A stretch of 62,888 bases of DNA, counting the filler. It is 9 parts of 9 records of this genome, joined end to end, with 100 filler letters (N's around TTAATTAATTAA, not from the genome) between each part and the next. Parts side by side here need not be neighbours in the genome. Positions count along the whole stretch, not along the records: positions 1 to 4,806 come from SRR7504441_1390; positions 4,907 to 10,015 come from SRR7504441_1394; positions 10,116 to 13,787 come from SRR7504441_1395; 6 more parts are not named here. One strand, 5' to 3'. Below the pieces are notes generated by a model. That model was not told where the DNA came from, made no database searches, and worked only from the letters and a program-made list of their open reading frames with translations. The translations under genes were made by a program, and so were the position numbers. Below, in pieces: positions 1-11,065 of this stretch (position 1 is the stretch's first letter; each line of letters starts with the position of its first letter).

Positions 1-728
1 GCGACTTCTTGACCATGAACACCGTTGTGTCATCGTGCACTAGACCCGGACTCCTGCCACACCAGTCCACCTTGTCCCCCTTCGCACAGCCCTTCTTCTT
101 GGGCGCGGTGGTCCAAGACACCCAGTGCAGGCTCGTCTGGCGCACACTCCTGCACCACGGACTCGCCATCGCCACAGTCGGCCAGAAGCTCTCCTGCCCA
201 CCGCTCAGCTTGCCCGGCCTGCGTCCGAACGTCGCTCAGCAGCGAGTAGCGGTTGTTCTCTAAAATGTCCCGAATGTACGTGCACTGTTCCTCGTCGCCC
301 GATCGCTTGCCAGACAAACAGCCCATCACCTGCCGCCGGCTCGCCCACCCCGCAGCTGGCCAGCACCCTGTCGACCAGCGGGCGGGTGAGCGCGAACCAC
401 TGGCTTCCGGCAAACATGCCAACACCGTGCAGCAGCGGCTTGGACCGCCCCCGCCGTCACCGCCCCAGCTCGTTGCCTGGTCGGCGTGCCGGACCGGCCC
501 GGCCTTGGCCGCCTCGATCACCAGCCGGTGCCGGGCCGGGGCCGGGAGTCGGGCATGGGCCGGGGCGGTGACGCTGCCGTGCCGGCGAGAGGCGTCCAGA
601 AGCCCCCCGAGCGGCCCCCGGAGGTGAATCACGCTCCCCGCGTACACCAGGCCGCCGGCCGCGCAGGTCTGCTCCGAGCCGCCCGCCAGCCCCGCCAGCA
701 CAGTCACCCACCACAGCGGAGTGCGCAT
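1..728 (-). CDS. GT14 (core-2/I-branching, protein xylosyltransferase-like) glycosyltransferase fragment; runs off the window, possibly chimeric
   Basis: Removing 37-nt GT-AG introns 330-366 and 194-230 gives GMFAGSQWFALTRPLVDRV...YSLLSDESFWPTVAMASPWC...DKVDWCGRSP, which resembles the XYLT1 motifs GGSDWFLLNR, YTLLPAESFFHT and IVDWCGCSP. A signal-peptide-like start MRTPLWWVTVLAGL begins at 728. The N-terminal half of the GT14 domain is not visible. Confidence 0.65.
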
Positions 729-806
729 GCCGGGCAGTTGGGCCACCCCTCGGGCTTGCGGCCGTCCCCGCTGCTACACGGGCCCCCCTGGCTGACTCTG
801 CACCAG

Positions 807-1469
807 CAAATCGGGAAGCTAATCGTGGAAGCAAAGGAGGAGACAGCCGCGGCTATGGCGGCTGCCACTCCCAACGGAGTTGAGAAGACGACGCAAGCTG
901 CTAAGAGAAACCTGAAACCGCTTGAAGGCAAGGTGGCTGCCTTGCGAATGCTGCAAGAGAAGGAGAATAAGAAAGGCGATTCGGACGAGATAAAAAAGCA
1001 GATGGCTAAGCTGAAAAAGGCCCAGGGCAAATACCAAGAGGCTCTGAAGACTAAGCGTACAGCTCAGCGCCAGCTTGAGAAGGCAAAGGCTGCTAAGCTC
1101 CTTGGGGATTTCAAGGTTACGGAGATCAAACTCTATGCCAAGACGAACCTGAAAAAGGTGGCCGATGCAATCGAGCCCGCCGTGGCTCGTGCTGCCCGGG
1201 AGAAAGCCAAAGCCACGCTGCGAAAGAAAGAAAATATGGATATCTTGGCCAAAGCCAGCTTCAAGACAGTAGACAAGGACATCGAGAGGCTCACAGGTAC
1301 CTATAAGACCCAGGTCCGGACGGATGTTGTGGGCAAGCTGAACGCCGACTTCGTTCTGGATTTGCAGAAATATGTCGTGGACAAAGCTGCTATATACAAG
1401 CAAAAGGTGTTGAACACCAAACTGGCGGCCCTTGATAAGGTGGAAAAAGAGCAAAGAAAGGCACCATGA
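807..1469 (+). CDS. Lys/Ala-rich coiled-coil protein (terminal exon, or start at ATG 855)
   Basis: Stop-free, charged helical reading frame ending at TGA 1469. It is preceded by an acceptor-like CTGACTCTGCACCAG at 792-806. Confidence 0.55.
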   Translation, partial: QIGKLIVEAKEETAAAMAAATPNGVEKTTQAAKRNLKPLEGKVAALRMLQEKENKKGDSDEIKKQMAKLKKAQGKYQEALKTKRTAQRQLEKAKAAKLLGDFKVTEIKLYAKTNLKKVADAIEPAVARAAREKAKATLRKKENMDILAKASFKTVDKDIERLTGTYKTQVRTDVVGKLNADFVLDLQKYVVDKAAIYKQKVLNTKLAALDKVEKEQRKAP

Positions 1470-1820
1470 ATTGCCACATGTACATTCGTGGATCCTGTCC
1501 ATTCGTGTTGACTTAAGTATCATTCGAATCACAATACATACATGTAGTTAAATAAACAGCTTTGGTTTGAAGCCATAGGTCTGCATGAATGTAATGTTAC
1601 TCGTATAATTCTCGTGTCTCCGTATTATTTGAATTACTCGAGCTCGATTGTATGGTATCATTGATATATAATAATATTGTACAGCACGCAGCATGGCGTG
1701 TACAGCACTTGCACCATACTTGCACCCGTCACCCGAGCGCAACCAGGCGATGATCCCTGGAGCCCTCTCGTTGATCATCCGGCTTTGGTCATCTCCTCTA
1801 GAGGGCAAGAATCCATCAGT

Positions 1821-2918
1821 CTAGAACAAAAACCCACCAGTCGGATAAGCCGAGTCTGACAGGATGCCACACTCGCCGCAAACTGTCATTTCAGGCTTGC
1901 CGCCCTTGCAGCCGTTGCCATCCAGCGGATTTGAGTCGACGCCGCACGCTTTGTTGGCCCGGTCCAGTCGAATGTAGCCTTCCTCGCCCCAGCCGGCGCC
2001 CCAGCTGTTCCGAACCAGCCAGAACGGGTGGCCGTTGTCCGTGCCGTACCCGACCAGCTGGACTGCGTGGTCGATAGTGATGGAGGTCTTGTTGCAGCCG
2101 GCAAAGATCCCGGATTCGTAGCTACCCCACGAGGCATCCACGGATATTGAGACCGGCCCGGCTGTGGCTACAGCCTGCAGCAGCGCGTCGTAGTCGTTGC
2201 TCGGCAGCCGGGTGAACGATGCCACCCCCGCCACCGGCCTCTTGGAGCCCTGGCCTGGCTTGGTGGCCAGGCAGGTACCGGTCTTGGCTGTGTACGTATA
2301 ATTCGCCGCGGCAGTGAGTCCGTTCAGCATGGTATACGCAAATCCAAGCTCGGTGGTCGCTCCAGCGCACCCGCCGCTCCCGCCGCAGTGGTCTGGGTTG
2401 GGCATGCAGTCCACCAGCTCCTGCGGTGCCAGCTCGAGCAGCTTGCCGGTGCCGATGGCTACGCAGCTCTCTACAGACTCGACCACCGAATGGGCCCAGC
2501 ACGACCCGCACGCTTGCTGGTTCTTCACCGGCGAGACAACGTTCTTCTGACGCCAGTCAACCGCGTCCGGAGTGGCTGCCAGCGCCGTCGGCTGGACTCC
2601 CCGCGGCATCGCTCGGGTGCCCCGGCCGGGGGCTAGGCCCTTGAACCTGCGGCTGAGCTCTTCGGGGGTGATGTCGGTGAATTGGTTGACCCCGGCCACC
2701 CAGGAGCTGCCGCGGCGGTTGTGCTGGTGAATCTGAGCCAGGTTGCGATTGAAGGTGTTCATGGCCGCGGCCCGGGCGGCCGGGGAGCCGTAGCGCTTTC
2801 CGAACTCGAGCTCAAAGTGCTCGAATCCGTAGCCGGCCTTGTCCGCCAGCCCGCGCCACCGGGTGACCGGCGCACTGGCGGCGCCCGCGACAAACGCGAG
2901 AAGGAGAGCTGTCTTCAT
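1821..2918 (-). CDS. Papain-family (C1A) cathepsin L-like cysteine protease, secreted, intronless
   Basis: Signal peptide, I29 prodomain (GVNQFTD), QQACGSCWA catalytic Cys, DHAV His and RNSWG Asn. Confidence 0.95.
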   Translation of the reverse strand: MKTALLLAFVAGAASAPVTRWRGLADKAGYGFEHFELEFGKRYGSPAARAAAMNTFNRNLAQIHQHNRRGSSWVAGVNQFTDITPEELSRRFKGLAPGRGTRAMPRGVQPTALAATPDAVDWRQKNVVSPVKNQQACGSCWAHSVVESVESCVAIGTGKLLELAPQELVDCMPNPDHCGGSGGCAGATTELGFAYTMLNGLTAAANYTYTAKTGTCLATKPGQGSKRPVAGVASFTRLPSNDYDALLQAVATAGPVSISVDASWGSYESGIFAGCNKTSITIDHAVQLVGYGTDNGHPFWLVRNSWGAGWGEEGYIRLDRANKACGVDSNPLDGNGCKGGKPEMTVCGECGILSDSAYPTGGFLF

Positions 2919-2981
2919 TGTTGATCGTAACGGAAGAGCATTGGCCTACGGCTGTCGGCTGAGCTCGTCGGGGGAGAAGAC
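2919..2981. promoter_or_regulatory. Putative 63-bp bidirectional promoter with TAACGG
   Basis: Lies between divergent ATGs at 2918 and 2982; TAACGG at 2928-2933. Confidence 0.5.
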
Positions 2982-4806
2982 ATGCCAATGCTGGGCTTTG
3001 TGATGGCCGCCGCGCTCGTGTCTGGTTCCGCCGGTGCCACGCCGGACCCACTCTGGCTGCGCTACCCGCAGGTCTCTGACGCCGGCCTGCTGGCGGTCTA
3101 TCGGTCCCAGCTCGGCTCGGTCAGGGTGATCGGCCGGGTCTCGCCCCAGCTGGCCTCGGTGGCTGCGGAGCTCCGGACTGGGCTGAGTGGGCTGCTCGGC
3201 CGGCCGGTCCCAGTGAGCTGCTGCGCCGATGATTCTGCGGTGGCCAGCCAGCTGGTGGTGCGGGTGGCGAACACGGGCTCTGAGGCGCTCGGGGGAGAGG
3301 GTTTCAGGATCCGCACTGCCCAAGGCGGCGGGGTGGCCATCGACGCCTGGACGGACTCTGGGGCGCTGTACGGCGCGTTCCGGCTGCTCAGCCTGGTGCA
3401 GCGCAAGCAGCCGCTCGGGCCGGGGCTGACATCGATCCCGGCGATGGAGCTCCGGGTGCTCAATCTATGGGATAACGCTGATGGCTCGGTAGAGCGCGGC
3501 TACGCCGGCCAGTCGCTGATCTGGCCGATGGCGATGCTGGCCGAGGGCAGGCCGCCACCGCGACGGCTCGTGTTCCTCCGCCAATGCAACGCGAGTTCGC
3601 CGTGGCAGAAGTGGCAAGGAGCGACGCTGGACGGGTCGGGCCTGCGGTCTCCGATTCTGAATCTGGGCAACCGCGAGTGTCTGCAATCTGGCCCGAGCCA
3701 GAACCCGATGGCCACCGGTCCAGGCCCCAACTGCACCCAGTGGCTGTTCAACCGTGCAAATCAGTCGATTTCAGCCGGGGGGCGGTGCGTGGATGTCCAA
3801 AACGGCGAGGGCCCGGACATCGACATATGGCACTGTAAGCTGCCGCCGCACACCGACGACCCAGGAGCCATACAGGACGCCCGGAAGCAGCGCTTTTCGT
3901 ATGACCGCCAGAGTCTGCAGATCCGGACAATGCCTGAAATATCGTCGCCTATGGACGGCGGCCAGTGCCTGAGTGCAGAGTCGGTGTGGCCTGTCGAGGA
4001 TGGACTGGACCCGTTCGACCGTGACGGGCCTGGAGCGTATCGCGCCAGATTTAGCCACCTGCTGCGGCTGCTCAAGAGCAGCGGGATGAACGGTATATCT
4101 CTGGTGAACGTGAACGCGTGTGGAGGGAACGTGCAGCTGCTCAACACCCAGACTCTGCTCAACATCAGCCGGAACCTTGGCCCGATCCTCGAGGCCTGGG
4201 GGATCCGAGCCTACCTCTCGGTGTGCTACGCAGCTCCATTCATCATGGCAAATATATCTTGCTCGCCGTCCAACCCAGCAGCTGCAAAGTGGTGGGCCGA
4301 TAAGGTGCTCGAAATACAGCGAGCCTTGCCAACTTTTGGAGGGTTTGTGGTCAAGGCGGACAGCGAAGGCAACCAGGGCCCACAGGCGTTCAATAAGACC
4401 GAAGCCGAAGGAGCCAATCTGCTGGCAAGAGCGCTCAAACCTGTAGGCGGCAAGCTGATGTGGAGAGCTTTTGTGTACGGCGGTAGCAAGGTAGGCCTGG
4501 AGGAGAGGGCCAAGCAGGCATATGACACGTTCAACCCACTGGACGGTCAGTTTGATGACAATGTAATCGTGCAGATCAAGAACGGGCCGATGGATTTTCA
4601 AGTTCGGGAGCCGATCTCGCCTCTGCTGGCCGGCGGTCTCAAGAACACAAACGTCATGATGGAGGTGCAGGTCTGTGCCGCAGTAGCGCTCTTTGGGCTT
4701 CACTCACTCGCTGTTGGCAGGCTGCACATGAGTACACCGGGCAGGCACTGCATGCTGTCGGACTGTCAACACAGTGGAGATCGTATCTTGATTTTGACTT
4801 GGCCCT
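2982..4806 (+). CDS. aguA: GH67 alpha-glucuronidase with an inserted ricin-B/CBM13-like domain; truncated at contig end
   Basis: Signal peptide; motifs LWLRY, GALYGAF, WDNADGSVERGYAG, GGFVVKADSEG, WRAFVY and QIKNGPMDFQVREP. Removing the 50-nt intron 4671-4720 continues EVQ-AAHEYTGQ. Confidence 0.92.
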
Positions 4807-4906
4807 NNNNNNNNNNNNNNNNNNNNNNNNNNNNNNNNNNNNNNNNNNNNTTAATTAATTAANNNNNNNNNNNNNNNNNNNNNNNNNNNNNNNNNNNNNN
4901 NNNNNN
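4807..4906. other. Artificial contig linker
   Basis: 44 N + TTAATTAATTAA (stop in all six frames) + 44 N. Confidence 0.99.
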
Positions 4907-5381
4907 CAAGAGAGATGTTGACCAGCCCCCGGTGTGGCGAGGCCAGGTGCCGCTTGAGCCCGTAGGCGGGGTCCGTGGCCCGGTATCCCACAGAATCTGG
5001 CCCGTGCCCGCCGTCCCGGCCCCACCACCCCTGGCACTGCCGGATTGCCTGGTCCTGGGGCCAAACGCAGTAGGTATCGTAGGCCCAGAACCCGATCCCT
5101 GCATAAGCCGCTAGCCGGAGCTCCGCGTCCATAACCGACGGCTGGTCCGCGTCGAACGAGAGGTTTCCCGAGGCTGGGTCTGGCACCACGTACCAGGGCA
5201 GCCGCCAGTGGTACTGGGGTGGGCGCATGGTCTGGGCCACGGTCGACGCGATGATGTCGCCCGAGCGACCGTTCCAGGCGTCCCAGCGGATGGCGCCCAC
5301 CGAGATCGCCCAGCCCGGCGCACTGCACCCCAGCACGAGCGCCATGAAGGCTGCCGTGGACCTTGACGAGCCCGAAGCCAT
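4907..5381 (-). CDS. Secreted GH99-like/WbsX-like TIM-barrel protein, N-terminal part only
   Basis: Hydrophobic leader, then VGAIRWDAW, YHWRLPWY and VMDAELRLAAYAGIGFWAYDTY. Cut by the linker. Confidence 0.5.
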
Positions 5382-5557
5382 CAAGATCTCCGCTCTCGTT
5401 CGGTTGTCGTTAGGAATGTATGCCGTTGTCACAGGAATACACACAGCGGGTGATGGGGTCTCAACGCTCAGCAGGGGACCCTGCGGCCACCGCCCAGCAG
5501 AGAACTCGTAGCTGCCGCTTCAAGTTCCGGTAGGCGACTGACAGCGCGACGCGAGCC

Positions 5558-7797
5558 ATGTCCGCCAAGAAGGTCCGCCCCTCCTCACGGAGTTCCTCGC
5601 GGAGCCCGTCCAGCTGACCCTGCGGTCCCTTGCCTGCAGAGAGAGCGAGTCCGGCCCCGGGCGCGCCCGTTCCGATACTGTGTGGGCAAGGGGAACAACC
5701 CGGACTTGATCCGCCAGATCATGTCCACGCGAGACTGGTCCGCTCCCGGTGGCAGTGGCAGCTAAGCCAGCAGTGCAGGTGGGAAGAGATCGGACCCGAG
5801 GAGACCGAGGTGCTGGCCGGCCCTTGGGCGGAGTCTGACTCGGGGCGGCAGGTGCCGTACAACTTTAAGTGGAAGCAACTCAACTTCCGCAAGGCCGAGC
5901 TCGAGAGCCTGGGAACTGTCAAGGTGTGCCGCGGTGGCTGTTGGAGCGGCTGAGGCCGGTCGCAGGGAGTCCGACAGTGCTGCAACCACTTTGAGAACAA
6001 CATGGAGATGTGCAGCAAATCTGGGCTGTTCCGCAACATGAGGTGCCACCCTCCCCCGTCTCCAGCTGCTCAGTCGGCCGCAGTTACTTGTACGAGAAAG
6101 TCCTGCAGAGAGACGTGTTCCAGGTGCGCCTCTGACCGGGCGGCGTGCTCACAGCCGGTCAGGCGATGCCTGTCACGTTTAACTTCAGCTCGATGCGTGA
6201 CCCTGAGTTCCTCAACTTTATCGAGTTGTTCCATCAGTGCGAAAAGCACAAACAGCAGGCACGTCAGGCCAGAGCCGCTGTGCTGAGCTTGCATATACAG
6301 ACTGCCTCGGAAACGGACGAAGAGACCGAGCAGACAGAGCCCAACATGGGCGACCAGTCGGAGCTTCTGTCCCGAAGGATCGCGAGGCTGAGCAAGGTTG
6401 CCACAGAAGAGGGCTCGCCGGACGGCAAGCCAACAGTGGTAGCTCTGAACTACAAGTTCAGCAACCGAGAGGTGCACCCGGACAATGCCCGGAAGAACGT
6501 GTGGATCCTGAAGCCCGGGATCGGGACCAACCGCGCGATAGGAATCAAGGTTTTCTCGGAGCTGGCAGAGCTCGAAGAGCACATTGACAAGTGGAACACG
6601 CGCAAGCACCCATGTTTCAACTGGATCGTGCAGAAGTATATTGAGCGGCCGCTGCTAGTGCATGGGCGCAAGTTCGACATCAGAGCATACTCACTAGTGA
6701 CGCATAATCTTGACCTGTACTTTTACAACCAGGGCTATCTGAGGACGTCAGGCGAGGCTTATGACCTGGACAATCTGGAGGATCGCAACGTGCATCTCAC
6801 CAACTGGGCCGTCCAAAAGAAGGCCGAGAGCTACGGTGAGCACGAGGATGCGAATCAGATGGACTATCAGCAGTTTCAGGACTATCTGGACGAGCACCAC
6901 CCGGACGCAGGTGTAAGCGTGGAAGACGGCCTCAAGGAGAGGATGAAAGAGTTGGTCACGCACACTTTTCTGGCCAGTGGCTCCTCTTTTAATTTGAACA
7001 ACTATAAATACTGCATCGAGCTGTTTGGTTACGACTTCATGATTGATCAAGACTTTCAAGTCTTCCTGATTGAAGTGAACAACAACCCATGCCTCTGCAC
7101 TCCAGGGGACACTTTGCTCGATCTATTACCGGCCATGCTTGAAGATGTGGTCAAACTTGCGGTTGATCCACTTTTTCCTCCATATGGAGACCCTCTGGGT
7201 AAGACCAAGCCAAAGGTGTCGTCGACTGACTTTGTTCTTCTTCATTCGTCCACATCCAAGGCCACAATCAACATGCGTGAAAAGAGGGAGCGAGACGTAA
7301 GTCTGATACTAAAGCAAACCCCCTCACATGTAGTATTTCTAAGTAGTTGCTCCCGCTGCACACTATAACATCTGCTTGGCAGCATCAGGCTCGGACATCC
7401 CTTCGTCCTGCAGCAAGTCAGAAGAGCCCAGCATTTGATAGACCCAAAGGCTCAATGTCACAGATGGACTTGTCCAGTGCGTGCGCTTTTCTGGAGAACT
7501 CTAGCAACACAAGCAATGAGCGCAATGATCTGACAGTCTCACCCTTGCGGCATCAGGTGCGTCTCCCGTCACGGTGAAATAGTGAGTGTGATAATAGGTG
7601 GAACTTCTTGCGATGACTGCCAAGAAAAACGAAGCTCGCCTTCTGGCAGAGCGGCTGCGTGCTCAGGCATGGTGCATGCAACATTGCAAAGTCACGGTGT
7701 CCGTGCAGGCTCGAGAAAGGGAGCGACAGGCTACAGTGCAGCAGCCTCTTCCTGGCTCCGAAACGCTGGCTGCCCCCTACTTGTCACGAGGAGGTAA
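5558..7797 (+). CDS. Tubulin-tyrosine-ligase-like protein (TTLL, probably glycylase type), multi-exon; 3' end approximate
   Basis: Spliced motifs GKGNN, NHFENN, WILKPG, IVQKYIERPLL, RKFDIR, HLTN, ELFGYDFMID and LIEVNNNP. Introns include 5738-5778, 5810-5851, 5924-5965, 6043-6083 and 6124-6162. Confidence 0.9.
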
Positions 7798-8360
7798 CTT
7801 CACCCAAAGTTATGCACGCTCACTCATGGTGCAGGTCAACCTGATAGCCGTTTCCACTTGCACATCGAAACTCGCAAGAACGAGAACAGGCAAACCTTTT
7901 TGTAGCCAACCACTGTCTGAATTATTGATTCTCAGGCGATCTGCTCCTCATCATAGTAATAGTCACAGTAACACGCTGCCCGCTGTGTGTGGCACAGGAG
8001 TGCTATTAACTCCTTCCATAATTAACATCGGGTAACTTGACGACATGGTGTAAGCTCGTGGGTCACATCAATCTTGTCATGTTGTAAGGTACTAACAATT
8101 AGTACTTGGGTCCACAATCATCTAATGACCTTTTAAATTTTCCATATCACGTACATGACATTGTAACCGATTCGTTCGTCATTCGCCATTTTAAATTCAT
8201 TACGTATACTTGCTTAATTAATACTACTTAATACTTGCTTACTTATAAGAAGCTTCGCATATATGCAATGAAATGACTAACTCTCGTCTTAGTCTTGTCT
8301 CGTTCCAAGCGCTATCATATAGCTATCATAGCGCTATCACGTATAAAATTGGCCTTGTGA

Positions 8361-10013
8361 TTACTTCAACTTGGACTCTTCGTGAAGAAGCACATACCTA
8401 ATGCAATACCGGTGAGGATCCAGCACATTGGGTGCTATAGGTGACTCACTTGCGAGGACTTTGACCAAACTGAAGTGCATCGCCCTCAAAAAGCTCGTAG
8501 TACCTGTGAAGCACACCGTGATCATACAATTTTCAGCTCCAGCTTACTTCAGGGGCTCGATGCGCTTGTTGTTGAGAAATGTGCCGTTGGTGCTGCCAAG
8601 ATCCATCAAGTATGGCACCACCACCTGCAGTCGAGTCAGACGCTCTCCAGCTTGGCACGCACTTTTGTTTTATCGAGCATTTTTGCGCCCTTCAAGTCCA
8701 CCAGCCGAAAACACAAGACCTGAGCCAGACCCACAATCAGCCAGAATTGAGGTCGACAGCACACCGCATGCTGGCTTGATACCGATGGGTTGTCACTCGG
8801 GATGTGGCAGACCTTGCGTTCTCGACTGCGACCCAGCCGGTCATCGCCCAACCGGCTGCCAGGCCACCCGATCAGGTAGTGTGATAGCCGGTGGATTGGA
8901 ATCGGCTCAATCTGCTCCTCATTCTGCAGCCCAGCTGAGCCCAGCCTGCCACTGTGCACACCTTGAACACGTAGAGCCGCCAGCGCTTTGACGGCAGCCG
9001 AGCCTCTGGGGGTACCTGCCGCCCGGCTCGGACTGCACTGGGCGAGAGAGCTTGCCGTGTACTTGATGACCACTCCGTTCACAGTGTTGGTCTCCGCAGC
9101 CAGCACCCCTGTGGGTTTGAAATTGGGCTGCACGCCAACAATCAGCGTGACCCACCCCCCACGACTTACTTTTTCCTTCTTCACACCATCCTCATCCTCT
9201 TCCTCTTCCTCATCCTCATCCTCTTCCTCCTCCTCCTCGCCAGAAACATCATCGTCGTCGTCTGCCTCCTCCCTGCCATACACAAAGTCCTGAGTGTCAC
9301 ACAGGGCGCACACGCACTCCGCGTTCGGCTCGGGCTTTGGCTTTGCCAGCTCGGCGGCCACGGCTTCCATTGCGAGCACAGATGCGCACGGCGCAGCCTG
9401 CCTGCCAGCTCAGCCAGCCATCTCACAGGCTCGCGTACATTCGCCCCGAATCCCCGCGCCTGGTCCCGCTGCACCTCTGCAGCATCCTCCCGTCCGTTCC
9501 CTGCACAGCAGCTCGCCCCGCCCTGTAGACACCGGGGCACCGATCAGTTTCGGCCCTTCCTCGTTCCGCGGCTCCCACAGGTTGCCAGCCTTACCCCGCT
9601 TGACCCATAGATCCGATTCGTTCTGCCCAGCAGGCTCAGTCGCCGCTCTGCTGCCGCGGCGGTCGCACCCGGGACTCTTTCTCCCGGTTGGCCGCATACC
9701 GCGGATCGCCCAGCCGCTCCGCCCACGAGTTGTCCATCGGGCCGTCCGGACCGTCCATCGCTGGGTCGGGCCGGTGCGGGGCGGCTGGCTGCCTGTCCGG
9801 CCGGCCGCCACGGCTGTCGTTCCCCCTGTCGCGCCGGCCGTCCCGATCGTCATCGCGGTGCCTCTCGCGCCGGCTGTCCCTGCCGCCTCGGTCGTCCCGG
9901 TCGTCTCGACGCCTCCGGCGTTCCCGGCTGCGCGAGTCGGGCGAGCGTGAGCTGCGCCCCCACCCGGTGAGCTGCATATCCCAGCCGCACCCTCACCGAC
10001 GCCGATCAGACAT
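8361..10013 (-). CDS. SNIP1: SNIP1/Pml1/DAWDLE-like FHA protein (RES complex), multi-exon
   Basis: RD/RS-rich N-terminus and acidic tract, then spliced PNFKPTGVLAAETNTVNGVVIKYT-VPPEARLPSKRWRLYVFK, IHRLSHYLIGRE, SSQHA, PYLMDLGSTNGTFLNNKRIEP and YVLLHE. Confidence 0.92.
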
Positions 10014-10015
10014 TG

Positions 10016-10115
10016 NNNNNNNNNNNNNNNNNNNNNNNNNNNNNNNNNNNNNNNNNNNNTTAATTAATTAANNNNNNNNNNNNNNNNNNNNNNNNNNNNN
10101 NNNNNNNNNNNNNNN
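10016..10115. other. Artificial contig linker
   Basis: Same N44-TTAATTAATTAA-N44 pattern. Confidence 0.99.
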
Positions 10116-10376
10116 TGTGGGGCTGCACCGGCTCGTTCAGCTGAGTTTGGGCATTGACTGTTGTTCATGCATTGAGCAGTTACTCTCTGGACATGCGAGA
10201 GTAAGTGTCATAGATTCGTCAATCATAGTAGGAGACTCCATATCATAATTCGAACACTATGCATTAGTTTACTATCAGTTGGTTTCTAGAGTTTTGAGCA
10301 CTTGCTAGGGCTATAGAGTAGAGCTAGAGCTGGCAATAGCTAGAGCCGTGACTAGTCGAATGGAGACTCATGTTGA

Positions 10377-11011
10377 TCATTTGAATAATCCGCTTGTCAT
10401 GTAGCACACTCTGCTGTCCAGGCTCGCCGGCCTGAGCGTGCCCTCCACTCCACAGGCACTGACATACGTCCCGACCACCACCAGCAACAGCACCAGCACC
10501 AGCAGCGTCGCTAGCAGTACCCCGCCGTCCACGTCCTCGTAGGTCGCCGGCTTGATAGGACTCAGCGGGGTCAGCGGGGGCGACACCGGTGCCCGCGGGG
10601 TCATCGCCGGTCGGCGCGACACCGCCGGGCTGGGATCCGGTTTGGGGGTGGGGGCCGGGGTGGGTGGCAGCGCGTCTCCCTTGTCTAGGGCCTCGATGCT
10701 GCTGCTCAGGAAGGCTGCGGCGCTCGGTGTGCACTTGTAGCTGTCGCGAATGTACTGCCGGCCGGGCTCAGCGGCTGGTGGGCTGGGCCGGGCGCCTTGA
10801 GTGTGAGCAGCTCGCAATTGGTGATGCCCTGGCCGTCCTCGGCCTCCTTTATGAGCAGCCGGGCTGCCGGAGCTCAGGCCGGTGGCGGGCGGGCGGTACC
10901 GTCGGAGACGCCGAGCTTGGCATCCTGCTTGGAGCCGGCGATGTTGTCGGCCGCCTCGAGCAGCCCGCGGTCGTACTTGACCCCCTTGATCTGCTTGTAG
11001 TACGACGACAT
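10377..11011 (-). CDS. Uncharacterised small-domain protein (YY..I.G.KYDR.LL type) with Pro-rich linker and C-terminal TM helix
   Basis: Spliced MSSYYKQIKGVKYDRGLLEAAD...DARLLIKEAEDGQGITNCELLTLK-YIRDSY using two introns, one GC-AG (10755-10795). TM segment VLLATLLVLVLLLVVVG. Confidence 0.7.
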
Positions 11012-11065
11012 GTGTTCAGCCTCGTCTCAGCGGCTGCCGGCTGCTTTGAAATAACGGACGGAATC

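Noticed and set aside
9185-9262. TCC/TCA-rich simple repeat
   Set aside because: It encodes the poly-Glu/Asp tract of SNIP1 and is ordinary low complexity.
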